NCBI GenBank assembly: GCA_965649055.1
Contig: CBFGJG010000001.1
Coordinates: 54,134-94,403, forward strand
DNA length: 40,270 bases
Origin: a candidate division WOR-3 bacterium
Lineage (GTDB): Bacteria > Hydrothermota > UBA3072 > B12-G15
Direction of reading: 5' to 3'
This document shows, piece by piece, positions 37,096 to 40,270 of the stretch (position 1 is its first letter; every line of letters begins with the position of its first letter). The translations under genes were made by a program, and so were the position numbers. Below the pieces are notes generated by a model. It ran no database searches. It was given only the letters and a program-made list of their open reading frames with translations, and had not been told where the DNA came from.

Positions 37096-38241
37096 TCAAA
37101 TTTTCAAGTGATCATTTATTGCTAATTTATAGGAATTTATGTATAATTCTTTTATATTTTCCCAATTTTTTTCTTTTACAATTATTTCTTTTTCCTTTTT
37201 TATGATACTAACAAGATAGTCAAAATTTTTTAAGGCCCAGATTAATTTTTCATACAAATTTTCGATATCTCCAGTTTTGAAAAATATCTCTCTATTTTCT
37301 ATTATCTCAAGATTTTCGGGTATATCACTACAAATGATTGGTATTTGAAGCATAATCGCTTCGAGAAGCATCATAGACATTGCTTCATAAGTTGAAGGAA
37401 ACACAAAGAGTTTTGAAAGTTTTAATAAACCATATAATACCTTTTTATCTGTTATAAGAGGATAAAATATAGTCTCTTCAGGTAGTATTTCTTTTAATCT
37501 TTCCGCATAATCTTTCATATGAGATGCATCGCCAATTACTAAAATCTTTAAATTCCCTAAAAGAGAATTTTCTTTAAGTTTCCTGCATGCTTCAAGAAGA
37601 AAATGACAACCTTTTGACGGCATAATTCTGCCAGCTGCAAAAGAAATATATCCGAAAGGTTTTAAATTTATTGATGATAAAATTTTTTGAGCTTCATTTA
37701 AATTTATATCTTCTATAGGCGAAATTCCATTGGGTATGTATATACATTTCCTTTCATACTTTGATACATAATAGTCTGTAAGATTTTTAGATACGCTTGT
37801 TATAACATTTGAATATTTAAAAGCAACAATATCGATTAACTCCATAATTTTTTTTGCAACAGTAGGCCATTTTTCTCTTTTATAAGCCATTCCATGAGAT
37901 GTAAGAATTACAGGATATCTAATTCTAAGAAAAGGTAAAATAAATGAAAATTCAACATTATGTATGTGAATTAAATCATAATTACCGAATAGTAAAGCAT
38001 GAAATGCGGAAAATATAGAAAGCATTACAGGCCTTAAATATTTTTTTTTTATGGTAAAAATTTTAATAATACGAAAATTACCAGATGATTTTATCCCAAA
38101 ATCATCCCCATATATATATAGTTGATATCCATCTTTTAATAAATATTCTACTAATTGTTCTACAACAAGGTCCGCACCATATTTTGCAGGTAAACCTTTT
38201 ATTCCCATCATTGCAATTTTCAATTTCTTCATATCATTCAA
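37096..38241 (-). CDS. Glycosyltransferase family 4
   Basis: G.KGLPA.YG, IHIH, IPNG, GRI...KG and EAMSMMLLEA....PIICSDI motifs. Confidence 0.9.
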   Translation of the reverse strand: MNDMKKLKIAMMGIKGLPAKYGADLVVEQLVEYLLKDGYQLYIYGDDFGIKSSGNFRIIKIFTIKKKYLRPVMLSIFSAFHALLFGNYDLIHIHNVEFSFILPFLRIRYPVILTSHGMAYKREKWPTVAKKIMELIDIVAFKYSNVITSVSKNLTDYYVSKYERKCIYIPNGISPIEDINLNEAQKILSSINLKPFGYISFAAGRIMPSKGCHFLLEACRKLKENSLLGNLKILVIGDASHMKDYAERLKEILPEETIFYPLITDKKVLYGLLKLSKLFVFPSTYEAMSMMLLEAIMLQIPIICSDIPENLEIIENREIFFKTGDIENLYEKLIWALKNFDYLVSIIKKEKEIIVKEKNWENIKELYINSYKLAINDHLKI

Positions 38242-39229
38242 GTTCTACGTCCATATGCATCAAAAGCCTTACCTTATTTTTAAAAACCCATTTCATAGGG
38301 ATAAAAATCTTTTTCCTCATAGCAGGAACTGAAGTCCCGGTCATCCAACAATTCTTTTTACAATTTTTAACAATTTCTCGAACTTTTTTTGCTTGTTCAC
38401 TATTCCAAATTTCTCCAAAATCCTGTGTTTTTAAGTCTCCCATTACCCATGGTTCATCTGAACCATTACAGGCTAAAATCCTGCCAAATGGATCAACGAA
38501 AAAACTATCTGTTCCCGCACCACAAGGTATAGGCCTTGATAATCCTTCCATATATCTTAAAAGACCCATATTTATGTATGCCCTGAACCAATCTTTAACC
38601 CTCATTTTCAAATTTTTTCTTTTTGATGTCAAAAGTCTTTTTATGAATTTTTTCATATAATCTTTTATTAATTCTATATTTTCTAATTTATTATCAAGTT
38701 TGTGAAAATAAAATGAATTGTGCATTGTTGACTGAGAAAATTCAACATCGAGACCTGAAGTAAGCTCGTAAAGTTCCAAAAGGTCATAAATATTTTTATG
38801 AGATATTACAATTGCAAATCCAATATCTTTTATCCTTAACTCTTTTAATTTCAATAAAGACCTTAATGCATGGTCAAATCCATCTTTTATACCCCTTAAT
38901 TCATCATTTAATCTTGGTAAACCTTCTACGCTTATTCTAAAAGTTATGTGAGGAAATTTTTTGGCAATTTCTATTATCTTATCTGTAAAATACCCATTTG
39001 TGCTTATCTCAAGTCTGTCAGTTTTTTTATATAGTATTGATACAATCTTTTCTAAATCTTTTCTTAAAAAAGGTTCTCCTCCTGTTATATTTAATCTTTT
39101 CATACCTTTAGGAATTTTCTCAAGAATCTCTGGATTAAATTCCTGCGAAGGTAATGTTGGATTATTCCACGCATTACACATCTGGCATCTTGCATTACAT
39201 CTATAAGTTGTTATAACTGCACATTCCAT
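38234..39229 (-). CDS. Radical SAM/SPASM-domain protein of the polysaccharide-locus type
   Basis: CNARCQMC, TGGEP, STNG and PCGAG...C...C...C. ATG 39229 preferred because TTG 39265 coincides with a TTGACA box. Confidence 0.88.
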   Translation of the reverse strand: MECAVITTYRCNARCQMCNAWNNPTLPSQEFNPEILEKIPKGMKRLNITGGEPFLRKDLEKIVSILYKKTDRLEISTNGYFTDKIIEIAKKFPHITFRISVEGLPRLNDELRGIKDGFDHALRSLLKLKELRIKDIGFAIVISHKNIYDLLELYELTSGLDVEFSQSTMHNSFYFHKLDNKLENIELIKDYMKKFIKRLLTSKRKNLKMRVKDWFRAYINMGLLRYMEGLSRPIPCGAGTDSFFVDPFGRILACNGSDEPWVMGDLKTQDFGEIWNSEQAKKVREIVKNCKKNCWMTGTSVPAMRKKIFIPMKWVFKNKVRLLMHMDVELE

Positions 39230-39522
39230 AATGCAATGTTTATAATAAATTTTTTTATTTGTCAAGTCATTTTAGCCAAAATTTTTTTACAAAATTCACA
39301 ACCATATAAAAATTTCTTATTTCTTTTATATCACTTTAATTTTGTAAAGGCTACCAATTAAGATGGAAAGATATAAAGGTTAAGAAGATAATGAGTGGTA
39401 TATGAACTCACAATTTCAAGATATATTCATCCCAGTAGTGATTATAAGGTATCAAACTGGCATTATAAGACAATACTTCTTCTGGAGAAATGAAAATGGG
39501 AATATATCCTATATTTTTTCTA

Positions 39523-39660
39523 TTAGCTGGGTAAAATTTTATGTTTAACATAAACAAGGCATCTTGTAACCCCTCTTTTTACCTTTCCATTCTCATGTTT
39601 TACGTCTATCTTCTTTGCATCTATAAATATGAAAAACCAATTGTTGATATAAGAAGACTT
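39523..39660 (-). pseudogene. Degenerate IS256-family transposase fragment
   Basis: WFFIFIDAKKIDVKHENGKVK resembles the first-Asp motif of IS256 DDE enzymes; the following RCLVYVKH resembles the RCxVH motif. Confidence 0.5.
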
Positions 39661-39812
39661 TCTATAATATTGGTGTAGTCTTCTTGTAGAACACTTGAAT
39701 AGTCTTATCAGAATATCCATTACCTTATTGTATTTAATTATCAATAAGGGTGATTAAAATTATTAATGTTTAACCTCATATGATTAAATATTAATTTTTT
39801 CTAACCCTAATA

Positions 39813-40270
39813 GGCACTTGTCAATAATTTTGTGTAAGTGCATGGTTATTTTTCTCCTTTTCCATTGTTCAAATTTCATCGTCTTTTTCAAATCTTTCTT
39901 GAAACATTTTATTAAGTTCATTTAAATAACCTTTTATCAAAGGATCTGGTTTCGACCATCTCCCTTTATGTAATCTTTCAATAAATATGAACCATTTAGC
40001 ATAAAGTATTTTTTCACTCTGGAAATAACCACCTGAATTTATTCTTATTCTTTCAAGTTCTTTATGTATATTTTCTGATTGATTTGTTGATTTTATCCTA
40101 GCTCTCAAATATTTAGGAAATCTTGTAAACATAACATAATGCTCCGCTTTCTCTTTTAATTCTTTTATCCATTTTGGATATTTATCTTTCAATCTCTCTA
40201 TTATCTCTATCAGTATATTATACCCTTCATCATAACTATTCACTCTTTCTAATTGTGCTATTTTCTCTTG
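39813..40270 (-). mobile_element. IS256-family insertion sequence, right end (partial)
   Basis: Terminal IR-like GGCACTTGTCAATAATTTTGTGTAA at 39813-39837, just downstream of the transposase stop. Confidence 0.8.
39869..40270 (-). CDS. IS256-family transposase, C-terminal part (5' truncated by the window end)
   Basis: KYP, F..FP..LR..IKSTNQSENIHKELER motif containing the catalytic Glu; frame is open to base 40270. Confidence 0.88.
   Translation of the reverse strand, partial: QEKIAQLERVNSYDEGYNILIEIIERLKDKYPKWIKELKEKAEHYVMFTRFPKYLRARIKSTNQSENIHKELERIRINSGGYFQSEKILYAKWFIFIERLHKGRWSKPDPLIKGYLNELNKMFQERFEKDDEI

Noticed and set aside
458..39206. Short antisense or overlapping ORFs in the track (e.g. 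458-643, 818-1063, 11822-12211, 11878-12252, 28762-29103, 38085-38660)
   Set aside because: They are shadows of well-supported genes and show no family motifs.
39230..39265. Eighth leaderless promoter for the radical SAM gene
   Set aside because: TTGACA is present, but there is no TAnnnT at a 16-17 bp spacer, so it was not counted.
39400..39520. Minus-strand fragment RKNIGYIPIFISPEEVLSYNASL, vaguely ABC-ATPase-like
   Set aside because: Too short, with no start or diagnostic motif.

Overview
This is a strongly AT-rich bacterial chromosome segment. Short T9SS-type C-terminal sorting motifs (DxxGR...GxY) point to an FCB-related lineage such as WOR-3, which is an inference. Most of the window is housekeeping and envelope genes: tmRNA (tag ADYGYALAA), ruvX-mltG-rpiB-adenylate cyclase/NTPase/TPR, an esterase with two MprF-like flippase domains, two lipoproteins, an anion permease, a secreted OB-fold/EEP nuclease, argF, a Lon-like/M16/M16/DUF512/der/plsY operon, UbiA plus a TPR protein, and nfi-capA-DUF5362-Mut7C-SpoIID. 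The right end is a decaying polysaccharide locus (epimerase pseudogene, GT4, radical SAM) beside IS256 sequences. No CRISPR array, prophage, rRNA or tRNA was seen. The most notable signals are: (1) sigma70-like promoters with an almost invariant 16-bp spacer, seven of which appear to make leaderless mRNAs; (2) many predicted exported proteins with ultra-short, uncharged N-terminal signals; (3) a 52-bp perfectly identical tract between two otherwise diverged tandem surface-protein paralogs; (4) a 400-bp intergenic patchwork of several REP-like repeat types; (5) an endonuclease V with Asn at a catalytic Asp position. All family calls come from motif recognition by eye, not database searches.
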